DNA of 64,000 bases. It comes from Deltaproteobacteria bacterium (GTDB lineage: Bacteria; UBA10199; GCA-002796325; JACPFF01). Shown piece after piece: positions 49,901-58,111 of the stretch. The translations under genes were made by a program, and so were the position numbers. Position 1 is the stretch's first letter. Each line of letters opens with the position of its first letter. Location of the stretch: the NCBI GenBank assembly GCA_016183065.1, contig JACPFF010000017.1:57550-121549 (forward strand). Reading direction: 5' to 3'. Under the pieces are notes generated by a model, which made no database searches, was not told where the DNA came from, and worked only from the letters and a program-made list of their open reading frames with translations.

Positions 49901-51659
49901 GCAACCCATTCCCTGCGAGATGCCAAAGCTTGCCTATCAGCTGGTCCAACGCTTTGGGCACGACACATTGGTGGCGGCCACTACGGATGCGCGATACTAT
50001 CTCCTCGATCTTCAAAAACCGTTGCAGCTGCACAATGGGCAATGGACGTGTACCATCGGGACTTCCGCGCTCACCACCCTCCCGGCGGTCTGTGCCGGTG
50101 ACCTCTCCTATCGGGCTCTCGTCAGCGACAGTGACTTCAATGGCGATAGTGCCCTGGATCTGGTCACGCTGAGCGAATGCGTGACCGCGGCAAAAGACGC
50201 CGCGGACGGAGTTGCGACACATCTCTTTTCGGTCGACCTGCTTCTCTCCAGTCCGCAAGGTTTCCAGGTCACACAGTTCCCGGCGGTCACCGCCATGGCC
50301 ACGAACGAGAAGACATTTTCGATGGCATCGCTGATGGCAACGCATGTCACGAGTGGCGCATCTGCGGATTTGCTCATCGCCATCCCGAAGAAAACAGGCG
50401 GGGATGCGCTCTCCGCACCATCCGCCTCAATGGCACCGTACAGCTGTCCCCTTTCACTGGCGGCATCCACCCCATCGCTTGGTGCGTGTGTCTCCATAGA
50501 GGGTACCATGACGTCAGCCACGATGATGCCACTGGAAGTCTGGGGCGCGGGAAAGACATCGACCAATGTGACCACGCTCTTTGGTGCGACAGATGGAGTC
50601 GCCAAGGGATCTGCCGGACAAGGGGGGCCATTGGCATCCGATAAGCAACAACCGGCCCTGACATGGTTTGGCATGTCGGGTGAACTGTGCACCTTCTCTG
50701 TACAGGATGCCCAGGCCATGACGTGTCAGTCGATCGCCGAGATCGATACGGCCAGCGTAGTAACGATCGGATTCTTCGAGATGAAGGAGAACGGGATCTT
50801 TACGCAGAACATTGCGTTGGGGACTTCGGAAGGGATTCGATTGGGATACGTGGGACAGACATCGGTCGTTCTCTATGCAAAGACGGTGGAACGTCTCGCG
50901 GTGACCGAATCCGCGACAGGCCTTGATGCCGTGGCCACCGGTGCCTCGTTTCTTCCCGGTTCCCTGTTGGCGGGTGATTTTGATGCACATGGTGGCGAAG
51001 ATCTGGTTGCGGCGTTTCAGGTCCTGAATGCCGCGCAAGGAGACGACGGTGTGGCCGTGGTCCTCTGGAAGAATCTCCCGGAGACACCGAAAAATGTCCT
51101 CCAAGTGGCGTCCATGATCGACGAGAGCGACACGGCGCCCGGCGAGTGGCGTCTGACGTTGACGGCCGATGACCTGACGGACGATCTGCTCACACATACG
51201 TGGAAGGCCGAGGACGAAGCCGGGCATGCATTGAGCCATCTATTGGCCATCAGCGAGGACGGGCTGCTGGCGATCTTCAAGCGGCCGGAGTCGGCGACCT
51301 CCTTCAAGCTGGAGTTCATCCCCTCGGCCCTTGCGGCGGACGATATTGTCGGCGATCTCACGATCTGGGCTGTGAGTTGTGATGCCAATGCCTGTGTCGA
51401 TTCAAACAAGGTCGTCATCACCTGGGAGGGCGAGGTGCTCGCGTCTGGCGCCGTGGATGGAGGGAATGCGCAGACACCGCTGGAGGGCGTTGCGCCGGCA
51501 GGCGTGTCGCCTCTCACCATTGACGGTGTCGATGCCACTACACTGGAAGTCGGCGAGAACGAGACCGCGGACACGGCCGTGACCATGCCGAAAGCCGTGA
51601 ACGGGATCGACGCCTGGGGTGTCTCGTCCGGGGCCTGCACACTGATTCCCCGGCCTTAG
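46965..51659 (+). CDS. Giant secreted protein: tandem 11-aa Pro/Ile/Glu repeats, multiple Cys-rich CxGxDNDCDGxxDEG modules, large C-terminal region ending SGACTLIPRP
   Basis: Signal peptide MKMSMVQRAVLVGVLAGIGLGVSTSVKA. About 10 copies of PIE[VT]R[NT]P[AT]RI. Repeated CDGVDNDCDGASDEG-like units. Confidence 0.65.
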   Translation: MKMSMVQRAVLVGVLAGIGLGVSTSVKAVSFGELFQQVAGQLTSTAGDLQPGIPDGAVLPQAEFPLENSGGTVMPESGVPSGQDVKTPTIDVPSEEDPHPADASQPGRAGDARRETEETPIGLAIPWVPKWLPLLQQEIPLPGGTPARDTLSVDTPRPVDTTRPTEIVAPIETRTPADIIVPIEVRNPARIGAPIKVQTPARIETPIEVRNPARIETPPEMRSPTQSPAPIETRIPTESMVPIEMRAPAQPEGPIETRGPTEVAAPIETRTPREAVVPMPPRKMLPQDISPDAFVPREPVVREPLPETADVNEPVPMRQTLPITPVIPRQASRIELPRSPSSRPLPPRTGSTSSKRDGDVTAGTDEENPQPGCEEDTIASCSVIYGSTSCAGKKICKNGGWSVCIAPPPVAEACDGVDNDCDGASDEGFNVGEVCTNSGNMQCYAQGILQCAPNGEVTCNTAPVMDGTRCEDGDICTTDDTCQNGVCQPGVISSSPSCEEKKGPLCAPGTTVACKTGLPGLCAEGSQMCREDGLGWTACEPNSMGKTFYMDADGDTYGDPISTIVACEKPQGYVEENTDCNDGNPLMRPGAKEVCDTIDNNCVGGADEPFKNAVGQYVGPDAMAICFAGPAKSACEVQGDYQCAPDGLSTICTAKPNLAAASVEICGNAFDEDCDGMDAAKNACGGCSELDHAISELCGCNAAGTYQCQSDGTLACIGGEPREEVCDGKDNNCNGAIDEGIAVIIDYHSPMETAGIGPCQVGKTECLNGQLITTAPLLPTGEVCDTIDNNCNGEVDEGLLQACYDGPQETVGVGACRAGKRLCIAGNFAQAGCDAQVLPGEELCDDQVDNDCDGATDEGCGGENTGDETRPEEETAEEAGEEPHGDETETEASLHHKGATAPDEREPAPAPVPQPMAPAQCASDIFDCKGHGLYFAEARGYLGSFRSGDDSALLFFTQDIAGSHAYAVPVKAMVEGTVTQPIPCEMPKLAYQLVQRFGHDTLVAATTDARYYLLDLQKPLQLHNGQWTCTIGTSALTTLPAVCAGDLSYRALVSDSDFNGDSALDLVTLSECVTAAKDAADGVATHLFSVDLLLSSPQGFQVTQFPAVTAMATNEKTFSMASLMATHVTSGASADLLIAIPKKTGGDALSAPSASMAPYSCPLSLAASTPSLGACVSIEGTMTSATMMPLEVWGAGKTSTNVTTLFGATDGVAKGSAGQGGPLASDKQQPALTWFGMSGELCTFSVQDAQAMTCQSIAEIDTASVVTIGFFEMKENGIFTQNIALGTSEGIRLGYVGQTSVVLYAKTVERLAVTESATGLDAVATGASFLPGSLLAGDFDAHGGEDLVAAFQVLNAAQGDDGVAVVLWKNLPETPKNVLQVASMIDESDTAPGEWRLTLTADDLTDDLLTHTWKAEDEAGHALSHLLAISEDGLLAIFKRPESATSFKLEFIPSALAADDIVGDLTIWAVSCDANACVDSNKVVITWEGEVLASGAVDGGNAQTPLEGVAPAGVSPLTIDGVDATTLEVGENETADTAVTMPKAVNGIDAWGVSSGACTLIPRP
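47449..47811 (+). repeat. In-frame tandem 33-bp repeats (about 11 units) within the giant secreted protein gene
   Basis: ccgatcgaggtgcgaaacccggcgaggattgag-type units, two adjacent copies identical. Confidence 0.75.
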
Positions 51660-53167
51660 AGCGAGGTCTGCTCGCGATATTCTCCAAAGACCTGACGGAG
51701 TGCAGTACTGATCTCACCGAGCGTAGCATAGCAGTGCACCGCCTGCACCATATGGGGCAGGAGGTTTTCGGTGCCGTGTGCGGCCTGGGCGAGACGTTCC
51801 AGGGCCGTTGTGACGTCCGACGTGCGACGTGTCTTGCGTAGCACCGCGAGCGCCGCTCGTTGTGCGGACTCACTCTGCGGATCCACGGTATGGATCTCGG
51901 GCGGTGTCACGTCATCATTCGTGAACGCATTGACGCCCACAATGGTGCGGGTCCCGCGATCAATGGCCTGTTGATCGCGATAGGCAGCGTCCTGGATCTC
52001 GCGTTGTTGATACCCGGCGCTCAGTGCGTGTGCCGCTCCACCAAGTTGATCGATTTTTTCAATGTAGGCCGAGGCCTCCTGGAGAATCCTTTCGGTCAAT
52101 GCTTCCACGACATGGGACCCGGCGAGCGGATCGCTATATTTCGTGACGCCGGATTCGTAGGCCAGCACCTGCTGCGTACGCAATGCGGTTTGTGCCGCGG
52201 CTTCTGTGGGAAGGGCCAGTGCTTCGTCTTTGCTGTTGGTATGGAGGCTCTGTGTACCGCCAAGGACGGCGGCCATGGCCTGATAGGCCACGCGGACGAT
52301 ATTATTGTCCACCTGTTGTGCCGTGAGCGTTGAACCGCCGGTCTGCGTGTGAAACCGCAAACGACATGCGACATCGTCGGTGCGGAACCGCTGGCGCATC
52401 AGGTGGGCCCAGAGGGTTCGCGCTGCACGGAATTTGGCAATCTCCTCGAAAAAATCGTTGTGGGCATTGAAAAAGAACGAGAGACGGCGACCAAAGGCAT
52501 TCACGTCGAGTCCGCGATCGACCGCGGCCTGCACGTAGGCGAGTCCATGGGCCAGGGTGAAACCGACCTCCTGCGCCGCGGTGCAGCCAGCCTCGCGCAT
52601 GTGATATCCGGAGATCGAAATCGGGTTCCATCTGGGCAGCGTCGTGGAACAATATTCAATAATGTCCGTCGTGAGACGGAGGGAGGCCTCGACGGGATAG
52701 ATATAATTCCCGCGCGCGATGAACTCCTTGAAGAGGTCGTTCTGGACCGTCCCTGCCAGTTGTGCTGCCGCGATCCCCCGCCCCTGCGCGGCGGCAATAT
52801 AGCAGGCGAGCAAAACCGCGGCCGTGGCATTAATGGTGATCGAGGTCGACACGCGATTGAGCGGGATATCGGCAAAGAGTTGTTCCATGTCGGCGAGCGA
52901 GGAGATGGAGACCCCCGTGCGGCCGACTTCGCCGGCAGCGCGGGGGTCATCGGCATCGAGACCGAGTTGTGTCGGGAGATCAACGGCCACGGAGAGTCCC
53001 GTGACGCCACGGGCCAGCAGGTACCGGTAGCGGGCATTCGATGCGGCGGCGTTTCCGAATCCGGCATATTGCCGCATGGTCCAGAGCTGCTTGGTGTACA
53101 TCTCCGGATAGATGCCGTGCGTAAACGGAAAAATGCCGGCCTTCGGCGATGAGTTACGAAGCGGCAT
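51656..53167 (-). CDS. Methylmalonyl-CoA mutase catalytic (N-terminal TIM-barrel) domain protein. No B12-binding domain in this ORF.
   Basis: FPFTHGIYPEMYTKQLWTMRQYAGFG and RGVTGLSVAVDLPTQLGLDADDP. 4-nt convergent overlap with the giant gene. Confidence 0.85.
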   Translation of the reverse strand: MPLRNSSPKAGIFPFTHGIYPEMYTKQLWTMRQYAGFGNAAASNARYRYLLARGVTGLSVAVDLPTQLGLDADDPRAAGEVGRTGVSISSLADMEQLFADIPLNRVSTSITINATAAVLLACYIAAAQGRGIAAAQLAGTVQNDLFKEFIARGNYIYPVEASLRLTTDIIEYCSTTLPRWNPISISGYHMREAGCTAAQEVGFTLAHGLAYVQAAVDRGLDVNAFGRRLSFFFNAHNDFFEEIAKFRAARTLWAHLMRQRFRTDDVACRLRFHTQTGGSTLTAQQVDNNIVRVAYQAMAAVLGGTQSLHTNSKDEALALPTEAAAQTALRTQQVLAYESGVTKYSDPLAGSHVVEALTERILQEASAYIEKIDQLGGAAHALSAGYQQREIQDAAYRDQQAIDRGTRTIVGVNAFTNDDVTPPEIHTVDPQSESAQRAALAVLRKTRRTSDVTTALERLAQAAHGTENLLPHMVQAVHCYATLGEISTALRQVFGEYREQTSL

Positions 53168-53870
53168 GGCGCTGTACCTTTGTTTCCGGCCGCTCTGTGC
53201 GGAGGGTTTGGAACGCCACATCCCAGAGCGGACTCGACACGCCGAAATTGGAGCGGTCGTCTGCGTGGTGATGAATCAAATGGTGTCTGCGGAGAAACCG
53301 CCACCACGTCGATGTCGGTCGTCCATGGTGCAGATAGAAATGGGAGTAATCATACCCCAGATAGCCGGTCACAAATCCGGCAAAAAAGACGTCGCCTGCA
53401 AAGGCCCAGAGGCTATGGCATAGGAGATAACTGGCAATCCCGAGCGGAATGGAGACAATCGGCGGCATGACGAGTCGCATGGCATCGTTCGGGTCGTCGT
53501 GATGAATGCCGTGGACCAAAAAGTGGAGGCGGCGTTGCCACGGAGTCTTCCCTTCAAAATGAAACGCCAGCCGATGGATGATATACTCGACGAAGCTCCA
53601 CGCAACGATGCCAAGGAGCATGAGCGGCAAGACCAGTCCCCACGGGACGTCCCGCACCAGAGCCCGTCCGACCATGAAAATGACCACCGGCCCGAAGATC
53701 AGCACCGGGACGATCGGATGGATAAAGGTCAACTTTTCCAGGCGTTCGCTTTCAAAGACCCGGATGGCTTTCCCGCGGTTCATGGCGCCCTCATAGCGAA
53801 TCCGGGAGTCATTGAGAAGTCCTTTTGCGATGGACGATTTATGCGGCTTTTGTCTCTTGTCATCTTTCAT
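53154..53870 (-). CDS. Fatty acid hydroxylase / sterol desaturase superfamily membrane protein
   Basis: Histidine boxes HRLAFH, HGIHHDDP, HHLIHHH. Confidence 0.7.
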   Translation of the reverse strand: MKDDKRQKPHKSSIAKGLLNDSRIRYEGAMNRGKAIRVFESERLEKLTFIHPIVPVLIFGPVVIFMVGRALVRDVPWGLVLPLMLLGIVAWSFVEYIIHRLAFHFEGKTPWQRRLHFLVHGIHHDDPNDAMRLVMPPIVSIPLGIASYLLCHSLWAFAGDVFFAGFVTGYLGYDYSHFYLHHGRPTSTWWRFLRRHHLIHHHADDRSNFGVSSPLWDVAFQTLRTERPETKVQRHAAS

Positions 53871-53966
53871 TTTGAGAGGATATGACGCAGTTTTGAGTTG
53901 ATTTCTTGAGAAAGCGGTGAGATAATATGTTTCCGTAAATCATATTATATTGTGAGTTAAAGAAAT

Positions 53967-54599
53967 ATGAATTATAGGAAATTTTCAGAAAAAGTAAACA
54001 ATTACAACTACTTCAAAACAAACGTTTTGAAGAATCAATTTGGCAATTTCAGGACATTTCAAAATCAGATCCTTGCGTGGGGAAGAGAGGGAAAGGTTCA
54101 TCAGCTCAAGAGAGGGCTGTACACGCTGAATGATGACGAAAGGCGCGTGCCGCTCTCCCCATTTTTGATCTCCAACATTCTTTGTACCCCTTCCTATGTG
54201 AGTCTCGAGTCGGCCCTCGCTTATTATGGTCTGATTCCGGAGCGAGTTTCGCAAGTGACTGCTGTTTCGCCAAAAAAAACAAAACGGTTTCAGAATTATT
54301 ATGGGGCGTTCAATTATCAGACACTCAAAAAGGAGGTCTTCTTTGGCTACGATTTCGTTCAGGACCGTCAGGATCTCTCGGTGTTGGTCGCCCTTCCTGA
54401 AAAGGCAATCCTTGACAAGGTGTACCTGGATCGCCTTGTTCGAATGGAGCCGGGCTATTTTTTGGAGCACCTGAGATTGCAACATTATGAAACGTTAAGT
54501 CAGCGTCGACTCAAAAGTTTTGCAAAGAGATTCGAATCGACAAAGGTTCTCCGGATGGCCAAAGTCCTTTGCGATCTGATCCGACAGGAAAATCAATGA
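53967..54599 (+). CDS. abiEi: AbiEi-like antitoxin / transcriptional regulator (type IV TA)
   Basis: AbiEi_4-like N-terminus and COG5340-like architecture. AT-rich codon usage. ATGA coupling to downstream gene. Confidence 0.6.
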   Translation: MNYRKFSEKVNNYNYFKTNVLKNQFGNFRTFQNQILAWGREGKVHQLKRGLYTLNDDERRVPLSPFLISNILCTPSYVSLESALAYYGLIPERVSQVTAVSPKKTKRFQNYYGAFNYQTLKKEVFFGYDFVQDRQDLSVLVALPEKAILDKVYLDRLVRMEPGYFLEHLRLQHYETLSQRRLKSFAKRFESTKVLRMAKVLCDLIRQENQ

Positions 54600-55429
54600 A
54601 AGAGATTTTAATAAAACGGTTGGCCACCATCTCTTCTCCCGGTAAAAAATACAATGTCTTGCGAGAGAGCTTGCAACACCTCATATTAAAAATCCTTGAT
54701 GATCGGGGTTATTTTCAACACATTGTTTTTATTGGAGGGACGGCTCTCCGAATTTTATATGACTTGCGTCGATTTTCGGAAGATATGGATTTTAGCCTTC
54801 AGCAACCACAGAATCCGCGTTTTGATTTTGAAAAAATGCTGAGAGATCTTTTGAATGATTTGGAGTCGTATGAGATTCCAGTAGAGACAAGCACGAAAAA
54901 AACGGTCGGGGCGATCAAGGGACTCTTTTTAAAATTCCCCGATATCCTTCAGGAGACGAAGGCGTCGCAAAGAAAAGGAGAAAAGCTACACATCAAGCTG
55001 GAAGTTGACACAAACCCGCCACAACATGCCGGATTTGAAACGCAACTCCTCCAGAAGGAGTTTTTGTTTTCCGTTGTACACCATGACCTGTCGACGCTGT
55101 GTGCCGGAAAGCTGGCCGCTTTTTTGTTTCGCCAGTATACCAAGGGAAGGGACGTATATGATCTCCTTTGGTATGGGACGCGCAAGGCCACCGTGAATCG
55201 CCGCTTTTTCGAAAGCGGACTCTTTCAGGCGACTGGCAGAATGATTTCATGGTCCGAACAAGAATTGGTCAAGAAGTTGGAAGAAAAGATTCAAGCCTTG
55301 AAGATGTCCGATGTGACCCGAGATGCCGCTCCCTTTCTGGATGATCCTCAAGAAGAACGGTTCTTCACGAAAGCCTTTCTCATCCAGGCCGTCCGCGGTC
55401 TGCGATACGCTCAATCGATGCAGAGTTGA
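54596..55429 (+). CDS. abiEii: AbiEii/AbiGii-like nucleotidyltransferase toxin (DUF1814)
   Basis: HIVFIGGTALRILYDLRRFSEDMDF NTase motif typical of AbiEii. Confidence 0.7.
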   Translation: MKEILIKRLATISSPGKKYNVLRESLQHLILKILDDRGYFQHIVFIGGTALRILYDLRRFSEDMDFSLQQPQNPRFDFEKMLRDLLNDLESYEIPVETSTKKTVGAIKGLFLKFPDILQETKASQRKGEKLHIKLEVDTNPPQHAGFETQLLQKEFLFSVVHHDLSTLCAGKLAAFLFRQYTKGRDVYDLLWYGTRKATVNRRFFESGLFQATGRMISWSEQELVKKLEEKIQALKMSDVTRDAAPFLDDPQEERFFTKAFLIQAVRGLRYAQSMQS

Positions 55430-55601
55430 TTGAGCGCCTCTCCCATAAAACCTGTTGCGCGGCCAGGGGCTGCGTTGGGTCACCAAAAAAAATCTCACGT
55501 CCTTCCGTATACGCTCCGGTTTTTGGGCCCCGGCCCGCCTTGCCACAGGGCCGCAGATCATGGCTTGATCGGACGGTGCAAATGTAATACTATGCCTTCT
55601 T

Positions 55602-55868
55602 ATGAAACAGGATCAGCAAACGGCTCATCCAATGCTGACGTGGGATGAGGTGCAGATTCAATACAGAGATGAATGGGTGGCATTTACGGAGTGGGAGGAA
55701 GATGAACACGGGGATGTCATTAAGGGTCATGTTGCCTATCATCACGCGAGCAGAAAAGTCTTTTACGAACACTTAAAAACCAACATGAGGCCGAGAGTGC
55801 GAAAGATTGCGAGTCGATACACTGGCAATATCAAAGGTCCTTTCTTTTTGGGCCTATGCCATGATTGA
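55602..55868 (+). CDS. Small hypothetical protein (88 aa) overlapping start of retropepsin-like gene
   Basis: ORF with 8-nt ATGATTGA overlap to the next gene. Acidic/His-rich. No motif recognised. Confidence 0.4.
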   Translation: MKQDQQTAHPMLTWDEVQIQYRDEWVAFTEWEEDEHGDVIKGHVAYHHASRKVFYEHLKTNMRPRVRKIASRYTGNIKGPFFLGLCHD

Positions 55869-56259
55869 AGCGCTGCATTACGATTCCCGAAAAGATCTTA
55901 TTCTCCTTCCAGGCAATCTCTGGGGGCCATTGGGCGAACAAAACATCCGATTTGCATTTGATCCTGGTGCCTATCGCACAATCATCAATACACAGGTAGC
56001 GGACGCGCTCGGTTATCAAGCGACTGCCGACAGCCAGAAAATCAGTACCGCATCAATCATTGGCAAGGAATGGGGGTATACGCTCATTGTGGAGCGGCTA
56101 TCAATTCTCAGTTTTGAGTTTCCAAAATATCATATTGCCTGTTTTGATCTTCCAGAGACATACGACATCGATGGTCTCATCGGTCTGGATCTCATCTCGA
56201 GATTTGAGATCACCTTGCGACATCGGGATCACTGGATTCAGTTTCATCTGCTCGACTGA
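55861..56259 (+). CDS. Retropepsin-like (clan AA) aspartic peptidase
   Basis: FDPGAYRTII active-site D-[ST]-G-A variant and GLIGLDLISRF flap/dimer motif. Confidence 0.6.
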   Translation: MIEALHYDSRKDLILLPGNLWGPLGEQNIRFAFDPGAYRTIINTQVADALGYQATADSQKISTASIIGKEWGYTLIVERLSILSFEFPKYHIACFDLPETYDIDGLIGLDLISRFEITLRHRDHWIQFHLLD

Positions 56260-56273
56260 CGTTCTCCATTTTT

Positions 56274-57677
56274 TTACATCAACCCGAGCTCTTTCAGCTT
56301 GGAGTAGAGCGTCGTGCGGCCGACCTGGAGGGCGGCGGCGGCGGCGCTTTTGTCGCCTGCGTAGCGCTTGAGCACGTGTGTGATGTAGCGCTTTTCCACA
56401 TGACGCAAGTAGTGGCGCAGCGAAGGAAAATCGTCGATCGTCTCTTCACGCGCCTCCGTGGCTGCGTGCGTCCCTGTGGCGTGCGCAGTGTTTGTCGTCG
56501 TCGTGTCCGTGCCGGAAAAGGTCCAGCGCGGCAGTGTGGCGACCTCGATCACATCGGTCGGCGAGAGAATGACGAGACTCTGGATGACGTTTTCCAGCTC
56601 GCGAATATTGCCGGGCCACTCATATTGTTGCAGGCGCTGCAAGGCCTCGGCCGTGATCCGTTTTGGGTGGCCTTTGGAGTGCTTTTCGAGGAAGTGGGTG
56701 ATGAGGAGTGGAATGTCTTCGCGCCGTTGCCGCAGCGGCGGGATCTCGATCTGGATCACACGCAAACGGTGAAAGAGGTCCATACGGAAGCGATGTTCCT
56801 GCACGAGGCGGTCGAGCGCATCATTGGAGGCGGCGATGACGCGAAAAGCGACGCCGATGGGGTGGTTGCCCCCCACGCGGATGATCTCCTTTTCCTGGAG
56901 CACCCGGAGGATCTTGGCCTGGAGATCGAGGCGGAGCATGCTGATCTCGTCGAGAAAAATGTCGCCGCCATTGGCAAGTTCAAACTTCCCGAGTTTGCGC
57001 CGCATGGCGCCGGTAAAGGCGCCCTTCTCATGACCGAAGAGTTCGGATTCGATCAATCCCTCGGGGATGGCGGCGCAGTTGACGGCAATAAAGGGACGGA
57101 GCGGACTCTGTTCAAGACTATGAATATGGCGCGCCAGGAGTTCCTTGCCGGTTCCGGATTCCCCCTGGATGAGGATATTGGCGGTGTGTCCGCGGACGCG
57201 ATCGGCCTGTGCGACAATCGCCTGAAAGGCGGTGCTCACCCCGATGAATTGCCGCGTCGTCTCCGGAGGATTGAGGTTTGCCACGAGGGCGTCGTGGCGT
57301 TCGCGAATGCATTTGAGTGTGCGCATCTTTTGCACGAGGACATGGAGCGTCGACTGGTCGACCGGTTTGCAGATATAATCTGCCGCACCGGCCTGAATGG
57401 CCTTGGCAATCTTGTCGGCCTCGTTATGCCCGCTGACAATCGCAATTTCCGCGGTCGGTGCCAGTGTGCGAAACGTGCGGATGGCACTGAGACCATTGTC
57501 TGCGCCGAGATCGAGGTCGAGCAGGACCAGATCCACGCTCATCTGTTGAAGCGCAAGTACGGCCTCCTGGAGTGAGTGGGCCACAGAGACCGCGTAGTGT
57601 GATTCCATGCACGAGAGCATCGATTCGAGGAATGCGGCATCGTCGTCGACCCACAGAATCTGGTAATCGCTTTTCAT
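56274..57677 (-). CDS. Sigma-54-dependent response regulator (NtrC family: REC - AAA+ - Fis HTH)
   Basis: REC Asp pocket VLLDLDL. GESGTGKELLARHIH Walker A. GAFTGA motif. C-terminal LQVGRTTLYSKLKELG. Confidence 0.85.
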   Translation of the reverse strand: MKSDYQILWVDDDAAFLESMLSCMESHYAVSVAHSLQEAVLALQQMSVDLVLLDLDLGADNGLSAIRTFRTLAPTAEIAIVSGHNEADKIAKAIQAGAADYICKPVDQSTLHVLVQKMRTLKCIRERHDALVANLNPPETTRQFIGVSTAFQAIVAQADRVRGHTANILIQGESGTGKELLARHIHSLEQSPLRPFIAVNCAAIPEGLIESELFGHEKGAFTGAMRRKLGKFELANGGDIFLDEISMLRLDLQAKILRVLQEKEIIRVGGNHPIGVAFRVIAASNDALDRLVQEHRFRMDLFHRLRVIQIEIPPLRQRREDIPLLITHFLEKHSKGHPKRITAEALQRLQQYEWPGNIRELENVIQSLVILSPTDVIEVATLPRWTFSGTDTTTTNTAHATGTHAATEAREETIDDFPSLRHYLRHVEKRYITHVLKRYAGDKSAAAAALQVGRTTLYSKLKELGLM

Positions 57678-58111
57678 AGACCCTCCATGGACGATTTTTA
57701 TATACAATTCTGATGCCACTTCTTGAGGAGAAAAAACGGTAAACATTTTGATGGATTATATCAAGGTCGGATATTTCACTCTGTCGAGTGTTCAGAAAAT
57801 AGAACATTATTCTGTAATAAATCCGAACAATTGAACACGTCGGATATTATTGACATCGATGTGTGGCAAACATCCGTATCCCGGACTCGAGTGGAGGACA
57901 GGATTCTCCCTGCAACGGGTGGATGCTGAAAAGTCGTCCGATGCCTACAAAAGATTGCTCGCCAGTCGAACGTGCGGATCCCTCGCAGCCATCCTGACGG
58001 TATCAATCATCTCTCAGATCGAGAAAAAGGTTCAGTTTCGTCAGATCAGGCTGCCAATTCTGTGGCTTATGCATGTCTTGATGGCTCTCAAGAAGATGAT
58101 CCGCAAATGCG

